A stretch of DNA of 59,312 nucleotides, filler included. It is 4 parts of 4 records of this genome, joined end to end, with 100 filler letters (N's around TTAATTAATTAA, not from the genome) between each part and the next. Parts side by side here need not be neighbours in the genome. Positions count along the whole stretch, not along the records: positions 16,394 to 47,152 come from SRR31156797_2815; 3 more parts are not named here. One strand, 5' to 3'. This document shows, in pieces, positions 27,825 to 39,561 of this stretch (the first letter of the stretch is position 1; every line of letters begins with the position of its first letter). The position numbers and the translations under genes are program-made. The notes under the pieces were generated by a model. It saw nothing but the letters and a program-made list of their open reading frames with translations. It searched no databases and was not told the origin of the DNA.

Positions 27825-29525
27825 CTAAAAACTATTGATGTATCCAAAGTGTATTTTGGCATTATTTAGACGAAACTGTGTGTTATGATAACGTCCAAGT
27901 GCATAGGAGATAGAAAATATGCCTGCATTGGTATGAAGATTTAAACCTGTTCCAATGCCTACGGCTTTGTTTATGATGGTTTTATTGTTTGTTTTTGTCT
28001 TGAAGGCACCAATATCTGTAAATATTTTAAAATGACTCAGGTTTTCGAATAACCATCTAAGCTCAATAGTGCTGGCATTATATGATGTGCTTAGAAATTC
28101 ATTTTCATCAAAACCTCGAAAAGATTTGAGTCCACCCGTTCTTATATATTCATTTAAAAATAGTTTCTTATCAGAATACAAACCAGCATATACATGTTTT
28201 AAGTTAATTGTCCAGTTTTTATATATAGGTATAAATCCTTCCGCTTTGATATGACCATCAATGTACCCGGCTTTTATCTCCTGATTAAGGGAGTCAAATG
28301 TATTTCTTCTACCTCCACTCATGTCAATTTCAAATTCATAACCTTTGGCCGGGTTTAAATAGTTATCTTGTTTTCTTAACGTTAAAGTAATTCCTGAGCC
28401 ATATGTATTGGTTTTCTGAATATTGGTGCTGTCGATTGGTGTGAGTACAATTGTTTGGCTGTTTTTGTAATATCCCGCTGCAGTGTTTGATCCATTAAAA
28501 AAAATAAATAAACCTGTACGACTCTCAATATCAACATATGATGTATCCTGTTTAAGCATACTTATTTGCCCTTCAAACCCCAGAGGTAGTCTGAAGATAT
28601 ATGGCCATTTTAGTATTCCATCTAATTCCTGGCTGAAACGATCATTTTTTTTCCAGTTAAGCTTTAAATGTTCTCCTCGTCCAATAGCATTATTTAAGGT
28701 GAGGTCAACATCTCCGGTTATAAGATATTTGTTTTCTTTATCCGGGTCTGGAACAATTCCAATCAAGCCGTTAAAATAATTGGATTTTTTAGTTTCTATA
28801 TTTAATTGTGTACGAGCAAGTTTATTTCCAAAACTTACCGTTGGGTTTGCTTTAAGTTGTAGAAAGGCAAGTTGATCTATTTTTTGAGGAATCTTTTGAA
28901 ATATTTCTTCATTATAAATTTCATCATATTTGATATTCAAATAGCCTGATAAAAAGTTCTTAGATATTTTAAATTTATTAAAAACCAGAGAGTCAAACCT
29001 ATATTGCTCTCCGCTTTCCGGAATTAATGTAAGTGTCAATAAACTATCTTCGATAATTGTATGAGGAATTAAGGAAATAAATGGATAACCGTTATTTTCA
29101 AATGTGTTGGTTATCTTCGTTTGATGTCTTTTGATCCTATGGAGGTTGACTGGTGAGCCTTTTCGATATTTAAATTTTGGTAATTTAAAATTGTAGTTTT
29201 CAGTGTTTTGTAATTGGAAATCATTCCAGTAAAATTGCTTTCCTCTATATATTATTGCTTTAGCAGAATCATTATAATCAATTAAACTATCAATTGCTGC
29301 ATTTACAAATCCGTTGGCTTGATATTCGAAGATTTTATTATTTAGGAAAGCGTTAAACTCCTCAGCGTTGTTAAATTTGGTTCTTTGTTTTGTAGCATCA
29401 TCTGATATCGTTGTAATTCCTGTAAATTGCGAAAATGAAAGTAAGGCATTAAATACCAATAAAATAGTGCATAATGGTTTTCGAGCCTTTTGTATCATTA
29501 GATGATCGATTTTGATATAATTCAC
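27825..29525 (-). CDS. BamA/TamA-like (POTRA + beta-barrel) outer-membrane protein
   Basis: ENNGYPF, GGLKSFRGFDE (RGF loop), C-terminal IHFGYINSF; start may be slightly downstream. Confidence 0.7.
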   Translation of the reverse strand: MNYIKIDHLMIQKARKPLCTILLVFNALLSFSQFTGITTISDDATKQRTKFNNAEEFNAFLNNKIFEYQANGFVNAAIDSLIDYNDSAKAIIYRGKQFYWNDFQLQNTENYNFKLPKFKYRKGSPVNLHRIKRHQTKITNTFENNGYPFISLIPHTIIEDSLLTLTLIPESGEQYRFDSLVFNKFKISKNFLSGYLNIKYDEIYNEEIFQKIPQKIDQLAFLQLKANPTVSFGNKLARTQLNIETKKSNYFNGLIGIVPDPDKENKYLITGDVDLTLNNAIGRGEHLKLNWKKNDRFSQELDGILKWPYIFRLPLGFEGQISMLKQDTSYVDIESRTGLFIFFNGSNTAAGYYKNSQTIVLTPIDSTNIQKTNTYGSGITLTLRKQDNYLNPAKGYEFEIDMSGGRRNTFDSLNQEIKAGYIDGHIKAEGFIPIYKNWTINLKHVYAGLYSDKKLFLNEYIRTGGLKSFRGFDENEFLSTSYNASTIELRWLFENLSHFKIFTDIGAFKTKTNNKTIINKAVGIGTGLNLHTNAGIFSISYALGRYHNTQFRLNNAKIHFGYINSF

Positions 29526-29745
29526 TGAAATAAAGAAACTTTAAATTTCAATAATATTAACAGCTATTATTCGTTTTTATTACAAAATGAATATAGTTAT
29601 TTATGTCTAACGAAGCTCCTAAAGGAAATAATTTATTACAAAATGTTGCTTGAAATGGTATTTTTATCTATATTTATTTCTTGAATGTTGTGTAATTCAA
29701 TTGCAACGAAGTTGCCACGAGTGCACTCATTTAGAGAAGAGCCAA

Positions 29746-30534
29746 ATGAAAAAAGTACTCGTAGTTTCGTTACTGATCACGATCTCAGTATTGGCAAGTG
29801 CACAGGATGATCGAAGTATTTTAATGAGAAAAGAAGTACTATGGATGCCTGGTATCAATACAAATGGTTATGGTATCGGTTATGTTTCTGCGAAAAAACG
29901 CACTTTAGACAGCTATTTTTACTGGAAAATTAATTTAAATGAAATTAAACACCGAAAGGAGATAAAAGGTGTAAACCCTAAGTATCCCAATCAGCGTCAA
30001 TTTATTTATGGGAAAGTAAATCATGCTTATCCACTCGGTTTTAGAGTTGGGTTTCATAAAAAATTGATAATTAAGGAAAACAGCAGAGCAGTTGGGATTC
30101 GTTACTACTATGGCGCAGGGGTTGAAATGGCTATTATGAAACCAGCCTTTTATCAAATCGAATTAGTTTATTCACAAGACAGTAGTGTGCTAATCACTGA
30201 TCAATTTGATCCGGAATTTCACAATGTGAATAATATTAAGGAGAGAGCATCCTGGTTTAAAGGAGCTGATATGTTAAAGATTGTTCCCGGAGGTTCACTT
30301 GAAGCTGGTATGATAGTGGACTTTTCGCGAAGACCAGGCAGAATACATGGAGTAGGCTTGAGTGCCAGTTTACAGACATTTATTTTGCCGGTTGAAGTTC
30401 TGGCAGGTGAGCCAAATCGAAGAGTTTATTTTGGATTTAGCTTATCATATGTGTGGGGTAAGTATTTTGACTATAAAACCCCTGATGAATCAAATAAAAA
30501 GCATAATGGATGGGGAATGTTAAAAAAATCTTAA
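29746..30534 (+). CDS. Hypothetical secreted or outer-membrane protein
   Basis: Signal peptide MKKVLVV...ASA|Q; amphipathic beta-strand pattern. Confidence 0.65.
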   Translation: MKKVLVVSLLITISVLASAQDDRSILMRKEVLWMPGINTNGYGIGYVSAKKRTLDSYFYWKINLNEIKHRKEIKGVNPKYPNQRQFIYGKVNHAYPLGFRVGFHKKLIIKENSRAVGIRYYYGAGVEMAIMKPAFYQIELVYSQDSSVLITDQFDPEFHNVNNIKERASWFKGADMLKIVPGGSLEAGMIVDFSRRPGRIHGVGLSASLQTFILPVEVLAGEPNRRVYFGFSLSYVWGKYFDYKTPDESNKKHNGWGMLKKS

Positions 30535-30625
30535 CGAATTGATTTAAGATTTTTTAAATTCGACAAATATTTTCTATCTTGCCACTTTATTTATGTAAAT
30601 CAAAGTTTATAAAATTATAAAGTTT

Positions 30626-33600
30626 ATGAGAACCAAACATTTACTATTGTTTTTTGCGGTTTTGGTTACTGGAGGTTTTACTGCCCTAAATACAGTTACT
30701 TCTGATGGTGATCAAGAATTCGCTTCATCGAAAACTGCGACTGATAAAATAGAATCAGTAATGCCCCAAAAAGCAGCCAAGGGATTTGAATTTGATCCTC
30801 TTCAGCTGAAGGACATTAGAACTGAGCTGGTTAATGCATTAGCAGGGTCATCCGCACCTACATTAAATTGGTTACAGGTAGGTCCAATTAATGTTGGAGG
30901 ACGTACCAGAGCATTAATTATTGATCGAAATGAACCAAATATTCTTTATGCTGGTTCTGTTTCAGGTGGTGTTTATAAATCTGAAACCAATGGTCAATAT
31001 TGGGAGCCAGTAGAGACTAATTTTAATGCTAGTGTACTTTCAGTTACATCTTTAGCTCAAGCAGAAGATGGTAGTGTATATTACACAACAGGTGATATTT
31101 TTGATACTTTATTAGTAACAAAACAAGGAGTTTCTTCATTTGCTGGTGCTGGTTTATTCAAAAAAGCAGCAGATAGTGATGTTTTTGAACATGTTGCTTC
31201 TACAAATCCTATTGATAATGAGGCATTTTTTGGTGTTACAGATATAGCCATTGCTTCTAATCAACAAATGTATCTTTCTACCTGGAAAGGTTTATACTAC
31301 ACTGCTGATGGTGGTGGTAGTTTTAGCCTTGTTACTAGCGTTCCTGAAACATATATTACCGATGTTAAAGCAAACAGTAATGGTGATATAATTACTGCTA
31401 CTGAAGGCGAAGTATATAAAGGTAGTGTAGGTGGAAGTTTTGTGAAAGTTTCAGGTACAGCAGAAGGTAATATTGAAGCTGGTGGAAGAAGATATGAATT
31501 TGCTTTTGCACCATCTGATCCTAATTATTTGTATGCCATTGCTGCTACTCATAAAGATACAGCTAATTCTATTCGTGCTGGTATTTTAATGGGAGTTTAC
31601 AGTTCAACTGATGCTGGTTCAACATGGGAAAAAATTGGTCTTGGAGGTTCAGACGAGTTCCGCGTACTTACAAGATCATACACAACTGCTCAAGGAGATG
31701 AAATTTACGAACCTCAAGGAGGTATTGGTTCAATGATGATTCTTGTTGACAAGGATGATCCAGAATATGTGTATGTAGGTGGTGTTGATTTATGGGCTGG
31801 TTACAAACCTGAAGGTTTAACTCAATTTCAGTGGTCACGTAAAACATACAATAATCTTGTAAAATATGCACAATTGTACTTAACAGCAAATATCCATGTA
31901 ATGGTTCAGCATCCTGAAAATGAGAAAGCTTACATAGGTTGTGATGGCGGTATTTTTAGATATGAAGAAGGAGTTGGTGGTGGAACTGTTGCGCTCAATA
32001 ACTATTATTCAACAGGTCAGTTTTATGATGTATCATACGGACCTCATGGTGAATATCTAGCTGGAGCTCAGGATAATGGTGTGTTCTATAATGATTTCTC
32101 AGGACCTGGTTCACAAACTTTATTCGCTCATGAAATAATTAAGGACGAGGATTTTGATGCGGTTGAATTTGTTGAGAGTGGATTAAATACATTAATTTCT
32201 CAATTGAGCCCTCAAATTATCTTCTACAACCATGGTAATAAATTCTATCGTAGAGCACTTGATTATGGCGAAACTCCAGGTTCATTTTATACTGACTTAA
32301 TGGATAAGCAGGTGAGTGGTTGGGGTAATACATGGAGCTATCCTTTTGATGTATATGAAACAAACAACTGGACCATTACTTATGATATCAATGAGTTTAA
32401 ATTCTATGATACTGTTTTCGCAACTCCTGAAAACCCTGTTGATACAATAATTCCTAGTCAGAATGTTCATGGTGCACCAATTGAATATACTATTACAAAT
32501 TTAATTATGCCTGATAGCGTAATGCCATTCCATGATCCTTATAAAGGTTTCTTTGCCATTGGTATTGAGGGTAATATTTGGATGTCAAATAACGGAACCA
32601 GTACATTCCCAGGTGATAGTTTAGATTGGGTGCCTCCATTTGTAGGTACAAAATATTATGATACTGTTACTGATCCTGCTCAATTTATCGTAAATAACGT
32701 GGTATTATCAGATGATGGTGCTAATATGTATTTCTCATTACATTCATTCCTTGAAGATGACAATACAAAAACTGAAATCTTCAGAATGGATAGCCTTTAT
32801 AAATTACTTCATACTGATTTATATTATCCAAGTGGAGGACGTATTTATCCAACAGACGAGATGTGGGATAATCTACAGTTACTTGGAGAAATCAGCAATA
32901 CAGAAATTACATCTATAATACTAGATCATAATGATCCTTCAAAACTTGTTATTACTGCTGCTGATTATATGGTGAATGATAAAGTATACTATTGCGATAA
33001 TGCAAATACAACAACAAGTGATGATTTCGCTACAAACTTTTCATCTATTCAGGGAGACCTACCAAGAGTACCTGTATTTGATGGTCTAATTAATATAAGC
33101 GCTTCAGCACCAAATCAATTGATGCTCGGTACAGAGGTTGGTGTATGGGTAACTGACGATTATACAGTTGCAAGTCCAACTTGGAGATATGATAGTAAAG
33201 CTGCAGTAGGTAATATGGGACCAGTTCCTGTAATGGCTATTAAACAGCAAGTTCATCATCCAGATAATTTCCCATTGGTAGAGAATTTCGGAGTAATTTA
33301 TGTTGCTACCTGGGGTAATGGTATCTTTGTAGACTCTACTTATTATGAGGCAAATGCAAAAGATATGATTACTGATGATGATAAAATCACTTCAGCAAAA
33401 AGTGGAGTTTCAATTCAGGTTTATCCTAACCCTGTACAAGATCAGTTTAAAGTTAAATTTAAACTATCTCATGAAGGAAACGCTACATTACGTATTTATG
33501 ATTTAACTGGTAAATTAGTAGTTCAGGAAAATATGGGCTCATATACATCAGGAAGTCATGTTTACGAAGTAAATTCTTCTGAATTTGATATGGGAATATA

Positions 33601-33658
33601 CTTTGTTGAAGTAATGAGTGGATCACAAAAAGACGCAATGAGAATTATCAAAAGATAA
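30626..33658 (+). CDS. T9SS type-A cargo protein with BNR/Asp-box (VPS10-like) beta-propeller repeats
   Basis: GPINVGGRTRAL, GGVYKSETNGQYW, YSSTDAGSTW, VATWGNG; C-terminal sorting domain VYPNP...IYDLTGK...GIYFV...RIIKR. Confidence 0.85.
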   Translation: MRTKHLLLFFAVLVTGGFTALNTVTSDGDQEFASSKTATDKIESVMPQKAAKGFEFDPLQLKDIRTELVNALAGSSAPTLNWLQVGPINVGGRTRALIIDRNEPNILYAGSVSGGVYKSETNGQYWEPVETNFNASVLSVTSLAQAEDGSVYYTTGDIFDTLLVTKQGVSSFAGAGLFKKAADSDVFEHVASTNPIDNEAFFGVTDIAIASNQQMYLSTWKGLYYTADGGGSFSLVTSVPETYITDVKANSNGDIITATEGEVYKGSVGGSFVKVSGTAEGNIEAGGRRYEFAFAPSDPNYLYAIAATHKDTANSIRAGILMGVYSSTDAGSTWEKIGLGGSDEFRVLTRSYTTAQGDEIYEPQGGIGSMMILVDKDDPEYVYVGGVDLWAGYKPEGLTQFQWSRKTYNNLVKYAQLYLTANIHVMVQHPENEKAYIGCDGGIFRYEEGVGGGTVALNNYYSTGQFYDVSYGPHGEYLAGAQDNGVFYNDFSGPGSQTLFAHEIIKDEDFDAVEFVESGLNTLISQLSPQIIFYNHGNKFYRRALDYGETPGSFYTDLMDKQVSGWGNTWSYPFDVYETNNWTITYDINEFKFYDTVFATPENPVDTIIPSQNVHGAPIEYTITNLIMPDSVMPFHDPYKGFFAIGIEGNIWMSNNGTSTFPGDSLDWVPPFVGTKYYDTVTDPAQFIVNNVVLSDDGANMYFSLHSFLEDDNTKTEIFRMDSLYKLLHTDLYYPSGGRIYPTDEMWDNLQLLGEISNTEITSIILDHNDPSKLVITAADYMVNDKVYYCDNANTTTSDDFATNFSSIQGDLPRVPVFDGLINISASAPNQLMLGTEVGVWVTDDYTVASPTWRYDSKAAVGNMGPVPVMAIKQQVHHPDNFPLVENFGVIYVATWGNGIFVDSTYYEANAKDMITDDDKITSAKSGVSIQVYPNPVQDQFKVKFKLSHEGNATLRIYDLTGKLVVQENMGSYTSGSHVYEVNSSEFDMGIYFVEVMSGSQKDAMRIIKR

Positions 33659-33677
33659 ATGAATTGTTAAATATTTC

Positions 33678-33707
33678 AAAGGGAGGTCAAACAGACCTCC
33701 CTTTTTT
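33678..33707 (+). terminator. Intrinsic terminator
   Basis: AAAGGGAGGTC-AAACA-GACCTCCC followed by T6. Confidence 0.9.
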
Positions 33708-33752
33708 GTGTTAAAAACAATAGAATGTCTAATTTTGTAATTTTAAAAGTGA

Positions 33753-34763
<1,011 letters not shown>

Positions 34764-34782
34764 ACATAATATTGTTCAATGG

Positions 34783-34814
34783 AGAGGACATCAAAATCCG
34801 ATGTCCTCTTTTTT
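34783..34814 (+). terminator. Intrinsic terminator after gap
   Basis: AGAGGACATC-N7-GATGTCCTCT followed by a T-tract. Confidence 0.85.
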
Positions 34815-34829
34815 AATGTCAAAAAACGT

Positions 34830-35330
34830 ATGCAAAACTGGTTTGAGTGTAAAATAAAGTATCAGAAAGTGAATGAATATGGGCAGGAAAAACCTGTTGC
34901 TGAATCATATCTTGTAGATGCACTATCATTTACTGAGGCAGAAAGCCGTTTGATTAAAATGCTTGAAACGGAGCTTTCAGAAGACTTTATTGTAACGGGA
35001 ATAACTAAAGCAAAGCTTGAAGAGGTTATTCCACAAGAAAATGCAGACTACTGGTATAAATGTAAGGTGGTATATAAAGATATAGATGAAAAATCAGGGA
35101 AAGAAAAAGCAACCCAGCACCAGGTTTTAGTAGCTGCAGATGATTTTAAAGTTGCTTTTGAGAATTTGAGTAAGAATCAGGAACAAGTTTTAGTTCCATG
35201 GGAAATTCATCAGATTTCTTTGACAAAAATAGTTGATATTTTTCCATATGAAGTAGATGAAGAGGCTAAAGAGAACGGAGCATCAGATTTGTCAAATGAA
35301 GACTCAACATATATAAGCGATAACCCATAG
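34830..35330 (+). CDS. DUF4494-family protein
   Basis: WFECKIKY, YLVDALSFTEAE, WYKCKV; ATG 34830, because the longer ORF call runs through the gap terminator. Confidence 0.85.
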   Translation: MQNWFECKIKYQKVNEYGQEKPVAESYLVDALSFTEAESRLIKMLETELSEDFIVTGITKAKLEEVIPQENADYWYKCKVVYKDIDEKSGKEKATQHQVLVAADDFKVAFENLSKNQEQVLVPWEIHQISLTKIVDIFPYEVDEEAKENGASDLSNEDSTYISDNP

Positions 35331-35399
35331 TAATTGTTAAACTATGCATGCACTTTAATAATTTTTATTAGTTTGCATGTTTAATTGAAATTTCGAACG

Positions 35400-37625
35400 A
35401 TGCAACCTCAACAAAATAATGCAGGATTTGGGACATTGCCGGTTTTTTTAACTGCAATTAGCACTATTCTAGGTGCTATTTTGTTTCTTCGTTTTGGTTG
35501 GGCTGTGGGTGAAGTTGGTCTGGTTGGAGTAATAGCTATTGTGCTAATCAGCCATATGGTTACTATACCAACAGCGCTTGCAGTTGCTGAAATTGCCACA
35601 AACCAACGTGTGCTTGGAGGTGGCGCTTATTATATTATTTCACGATCATTCGGATTCAATATTGGAGGTGCTATTGGTTTAGCTCTTTATGCTTCCCAGG
35701 CTGTTAGTGTTGCTTTTTATGTGATTGCTTTTGGTGAGGCCTTTGAGCCCGTGATACGCTATATGTCAGTTAATTGGGGTGTAACCTTTGTTTCAAAAAA
35801 GGTAATATCGATAGTTTCAATGTCTATATTATCATTACTTATTCTGCGCAGAGGAGCTAATATGGGTATGAAAGCGCTATATTTTGTGGTTGCTTTGTTA
35901 GCTATGGCTATTATTATGTTCTTGTTGGGAGAGCCAATTGAGGGTGCAGAGAAAGTCGCATTAAATGAAACCGTAGAAAATCCCAAGGATTTCTTTTATG
36001 TATTCACGATTATATTCCCGGCATTTACCGGTTTAGCCGCCGGACTGGGACTTTCAGGTGATTTGAAAGACCCCCGTAAGTCTATACCTGCAGGTACATT
36101 ATGGGCAACAGTTGCCGGATTAGTAGTGTATTTAATAGTAGGTTATAAGTTTGCGATCTCAGCTACTCCAGAACAATTAAGTGGTGATCAATTTGCTATG
36201 GAAAAAATAGCACTTTGGGGACCAATTATTCCAATAGGGTTGGCAGCCGCTTCGCTATCTTCTGCATTGGGCTCCATCATGGTAGCCCCTAGAACTTTGC
36301 AGGCTATTGGTGTTGATGATATACTTCCTGGTAAAGCTCTGAATCGATGGATGTCTAAAGGTAGAATAAAAGATAATGAGCCAATTAATGGTTCGGTTAT
36401 TACCATTGTAATTGCATTTTTCTTTGTATTTATAGGTGAACTTAACTTTGTGGCAGAGATTATTTCCATGTTTTTTATGCTGACCTATGGAGCGATATGT
36501 TTAATCTCATTTCTTGAACACTTCGCTGCTGATCCCGCCTATAGGCCTACATTTAAATCGAAATGGTATTTTTCATTAATTGGGGCAATACTTTCTCTAT
36601 GGTTAATGTTCCAGATGAAATGGATGTATGCGGCGATGTCTTTGGTAATAATGTCTTTTATTTATGTAATAATTACACACGGAAATCCTGACAAACGGGG
36701 TTTGGCAAAGTTATTTAAAGGTGTTTTATTTCAAATGAGTAGGAATTTGCAAATTTTTGCCCAACGTGCAACTAAGGATCCTACAGAAGATGGTTGGCGC
36801 CCATTTGCAGTTTGTATCTCAAATGAGACATTTCACCGAAGAAGCGCATTTGATTTAATGCGCTGGATATCACATAAATATGGCTTTGGTACATATATTC
36901 ATTATATCAAGGGTTTTTATAATGATGAAACCAGCAAGGAAACAGAAGATGTTATGGATCGGCTAATAAAGCTGGCCTCAGCTACCCGAAATCGTATTTA
37001 TATGGACACCATTGTTAGTCCTTCATTTACTTCAGCATTGGCCCAGGTGATTCAATTGCGAGCGGTATCAGGTAAGCATAATAATATGATATTATTTGAG
37101 TTCTCGAAAACTGAACCAAACAGGCTAGTTGATACAATGAATAATTATAAGCTGCTAAATACTGCTGGTTTTGATGTATGCATTTTAAACACCTCTTATA
37201 AAGGTTTTGGTGACCATAGGGAAATTCATATCTGGATTACAACCGAAGATTATGCCAATGCCAACCTAATGATTCTAATGGCTTATGTAATGCTGGGACA
37301 TCCGGACTGGAAAAAAGGTGTAATCAGAATATTTGTACTTACCACACCTGAACTCCGAACACAGCGGTGGAAAGAATTGGCTAATCGTGTGAAAAGTGGA
37401 CGCTTGCCTATTTCCTTAACAAATATTGAGTTAGTGATGGAGTCTCCTGATGCAAATCGAAAGGATTTAGTGAGTCACTATTCAGCTGATGCAGACTTAA
37501 CATTAATTGGATTTAATAATTATCAATTATCTGGAGAAATTGGAAAGTTTGAGATTTTCCAGAATTACGAAAATATGGGCAATATTCTTTTTGTAAGTTC
37601 TAATACTCAAAAGGAAATTTCATAA
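35400..37625 (+). CDS. Cation-chloride cotransporter-like (SLC12/APC superfamily) permease
   Basis: ILGAILFLRFGW, AEIATN, GGGAYYIISRS, IFPAFTG, LSGDLKDP, APRTLQA, WRP; many TM segments plus a cytoplasmic C-terminal domain. Confidence 0.85.
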   Translation: MQPQQNNAGFGTLPVFLTAISTILGAILFLRFGWAVGEVGLVGVIAIVLISHMVTIPTALAVAEIATNQRVLGGGAYYIISRSFGFNIGGAIGLALYASQAVSVAFYVIAFGEAFEPVIRYMSVNWGVTFVSKKVISIVSMSILSLLILRRGANMGMKALYFVVALLAMAIIMFLLGEPIEGAEKVALNETVENPKDFFYVFTIIFPAFTGLAAGLGLSGDLKDPRKSIPAGTLWATVAGLVVYLIVGYKFAISATPEQLSGDQFAMEKIALWGPIIPIGLAAASLSSALGSIMVAPRTLQAIGVDDILPGKALNRWMSKGRIKDNEPINGSVITIVIAFFFVFIGELNFVAEIISMFFMLTYGAICLISFLEHFAADPAYRPTFKSKWYFSLIGAILSLWLMFQMKWMYAAMSLVIMSFIYVIITHGNPDKRGLAKLFKGVLFQMSRNLQIFAQRATKDPTEDGWRPFAVCISNETFHRRSAFDLMRWISHKYGFGTYIHYIKGFYNDETSKETEDVMDRLIKLASATRNRIYMDTIVSPSFTSALAQVIQLRAVSGKHNNMILFEFSKTEPNRLVDTMNNYKLLNTAGFDVCILNTSYKGFGDHREIHIWITTEDYANANLMILMAYVMLGHPDWKKGVIRIFVLTTPELRTQRWKELANRVKSGRLPISLTNIELVMESPDANRKDLVSHYSADADLTLIGFNNYQLSGEIGKFEIFQNYENMGNILFVSSNTQKEIS

Positions 37626-37682
37626 AGTATGGTTGTTCCTGCCATATTAATGCTTAATTTTGAATAACCGAAGTTTATAAAT

Positions 37683-38147
37683 ATGGAAAAAATTGCTGTT
37701 TTCCCCGGTTCTTTTGATCCCATAACACGTGGACATGAATCTGTTGTAAGTCGCTCAGTAGATTTGTTCGATAAAATCATTATTGCGGTAGGGACCAATT
37801 CCAATAAAGAAGGTTTTTTTCCGTTGGAAAAAAGAATGAACTGGATTCGAAAAACATTTCAGGATATAAAATCGATTGAAGTAATGCATTATGAGGGATT
37901 AACGACTGAGTTTTGCAAAAAGGTTAATGCTAAGTTTCTTTTACGCGGGATACGCACTGGAGCAGATTTCGAATATGAGCGTAGTATTGCGCAGATGAAT
38001 AAAAAGATGATGCCTGAAATAGAAACAGTCTTAATATTAACAGAACCAGATTTAACACCAATTTCATCAACAATTTTAAGAGATATTTACCGACATGGAG
38101 GCGATATTAAACCATTTGTTCCAAAAGCGATTCATAACGATTTATAG
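37683..38147 (+). CDS. coaD: Phosphopantetheine adenylyltransferase
   Basis: FPGSFDPITRGH, RGIR, DFEYE, ISST. Confidence 0.97.
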   Translation: MEKIAVFPGSFDPITRGHESVVSRSVDLFDKIIIAVGTNSNKEGFFPLEKRMNWIRKTFQDIKSIEVMHYEGLTTEFCKKVNAKFLLRGIRTGADFEYERSIAQMNKKMMPEIETVLILTEPDLTPISSTILRDIYRHGGDIKPFVPKAIHNDL

Positions 38148-39561
38148 TTTTCTAATCTTTATTAACTCTACCGTATTTGCTCAGGATACAGTATTACTGC
38201 ATGGCCAAAATAATAGTTGGGCTGATAAACGTGTTGAAATATGGTGTTACCATGATTATATCTCACAGGTTAAAATAGAAATTGCGGATTTTGTTATTCC
38301 TGCCGATGGGAAATTATCTATTGATTTCGAAAATTTTAATACCAGACAAATATTTATTGAATCAGGAGCTTTAGAAGGAACCGTCTTTGTTGAACCCGGC
38401 AAAACCTACGAACTTAAACTGCCTCAACACCAGGAGATGTCTAAAACGGATAGCCTGAATCCCTTCTTTCAGCCTTATCGTTTTTATTTTGGTTTGGGTA
38501 ATAGTGGTGCTTTTGAGCTAAATCATTTGTTGGCTGAATTTGAATTAATTTATGACGATTATTTGTTGAAAAATTTCCAGGCTATAAAGAACAGCAGACG
38601 CGGGAGTGATGTAGATACTTTGATTGGTTTCCTTGATTCATTGTTCGATAAAGCTTCAAGCAAAAACCTATTTTTTGAAAACTATAAAAAGTATAAGGAG
38701 GCAAGGTTAAAACATATTTCATATGTGCACGACGATAATTATATCATTCGTGACTATTTTAATAACCAACCTATCTCATATTTTAATCCGTCTTACTTTG
38801 AAATGTTTAATACCATATTTGATAACTATATTGAGCGTTACTCATTAACTTATGACGGAAGAGATATAGGATTTAATATCGCCAGAGCAAAAAGCTATCA
38901 AAGAGCAATGGCTGATTTGAAGAATAATTTGGCTTTAAGTAATGATACTCTAAGAGAACTTGTGCTTATAAAAGGATTAAGAGATGCCTTGTATAAAAAT
39001 ACTTTTCCCAAGTCAAGCATCTTACAAACCTTAGACTCAGTCAGAATTCAGTCCAAAGTAAGATTTCATAAAGAAATTGCTAAAAAGATTATTGATGAGC
39101 GAAGGGTATTAATGAAAGGTTTATTGCCTCCAAAATTCAATATTCAGATGGGAGACACATTAAATTTTGAATTCCCATCAGAGAATGACCGATTTGTATT
39201 ATTGAATTTCATTAATATTGAAAGTTTTGCTGTACAAAAGGTTTTACCTCAGATTAAGCAACTAAAAGATAAGCATAAAGATGTGCTTAGAATAGTAAGT
39301 GTAAATGTGGGTAGCAGTTATAATAAAGCAAAAACTTTTTTTGATAAGTATAATTATAATTGGCTCCTTTTGGATGGGAGTCAGCTAGACAATGATTTAT
39401 TGGAGGATTATAAGGTTAGAGCTTATCCATCATATTATTTGGTTGATGAAGCTGGTAAATATATGTTGGATCCAACTCCCGGTCCTGAAAGTAATTTCGA
39501 ATATTATTTCTTCAAAATATTGAAAAAAAGGGAGCGTGAAATGTACCGTAATCAGAAATAA
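38095..39561 (+). CDS. Secreted protein with C-terminal TlpA/thioredoxin-like domain lacking CxxC
   Basis: FVLLNF, IVSVNV, YKVRAYPSYYLVDEAG; signal-like N-terminus; exact start uncertain. Confidence 0.7.
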   Translation: MEAILNHLFQKRFITIYSFLIFINSTVFAQDTVLLHGQNNSWADKRVEIWCYHDYISQVKIEIADFVIPADGKLSIDFENFNTRQIFIESGALEGTVFVEPGKTYELKLPQHQEMSKTDSLNPFFQPYRFYFGLGNSGAFELNHLLAEFELIYDDYLLKNFQAIKNSRRGSDVDTLIGFLDSLFDKASSKNLFFENYKKYKEARLKHISYVHDDNYIIRDYFNNQPISYFNPSYFEMFNTIFDNYIERYSLTYDGRDIGFNIARAKSYQRAMADLKNNLALSNDTLRELVLIKGLRDALYKNTFPKSSILQTLDSVRIQSKVRFHKEIAKKIIDERRVLMKGLLPPKFNIQMGDTLNFEFPSENDRFVLLNFINIESFAVQKVLPQIKQLKDKHKDVLRIVSVNVGSSYNKAKTFFDKYNYNWLLLDGSQLDNDLLEDYKVRAYPSYYLVDEAGKYMLDPTPGPESNFEYYFFKILKKREREMYRNQK

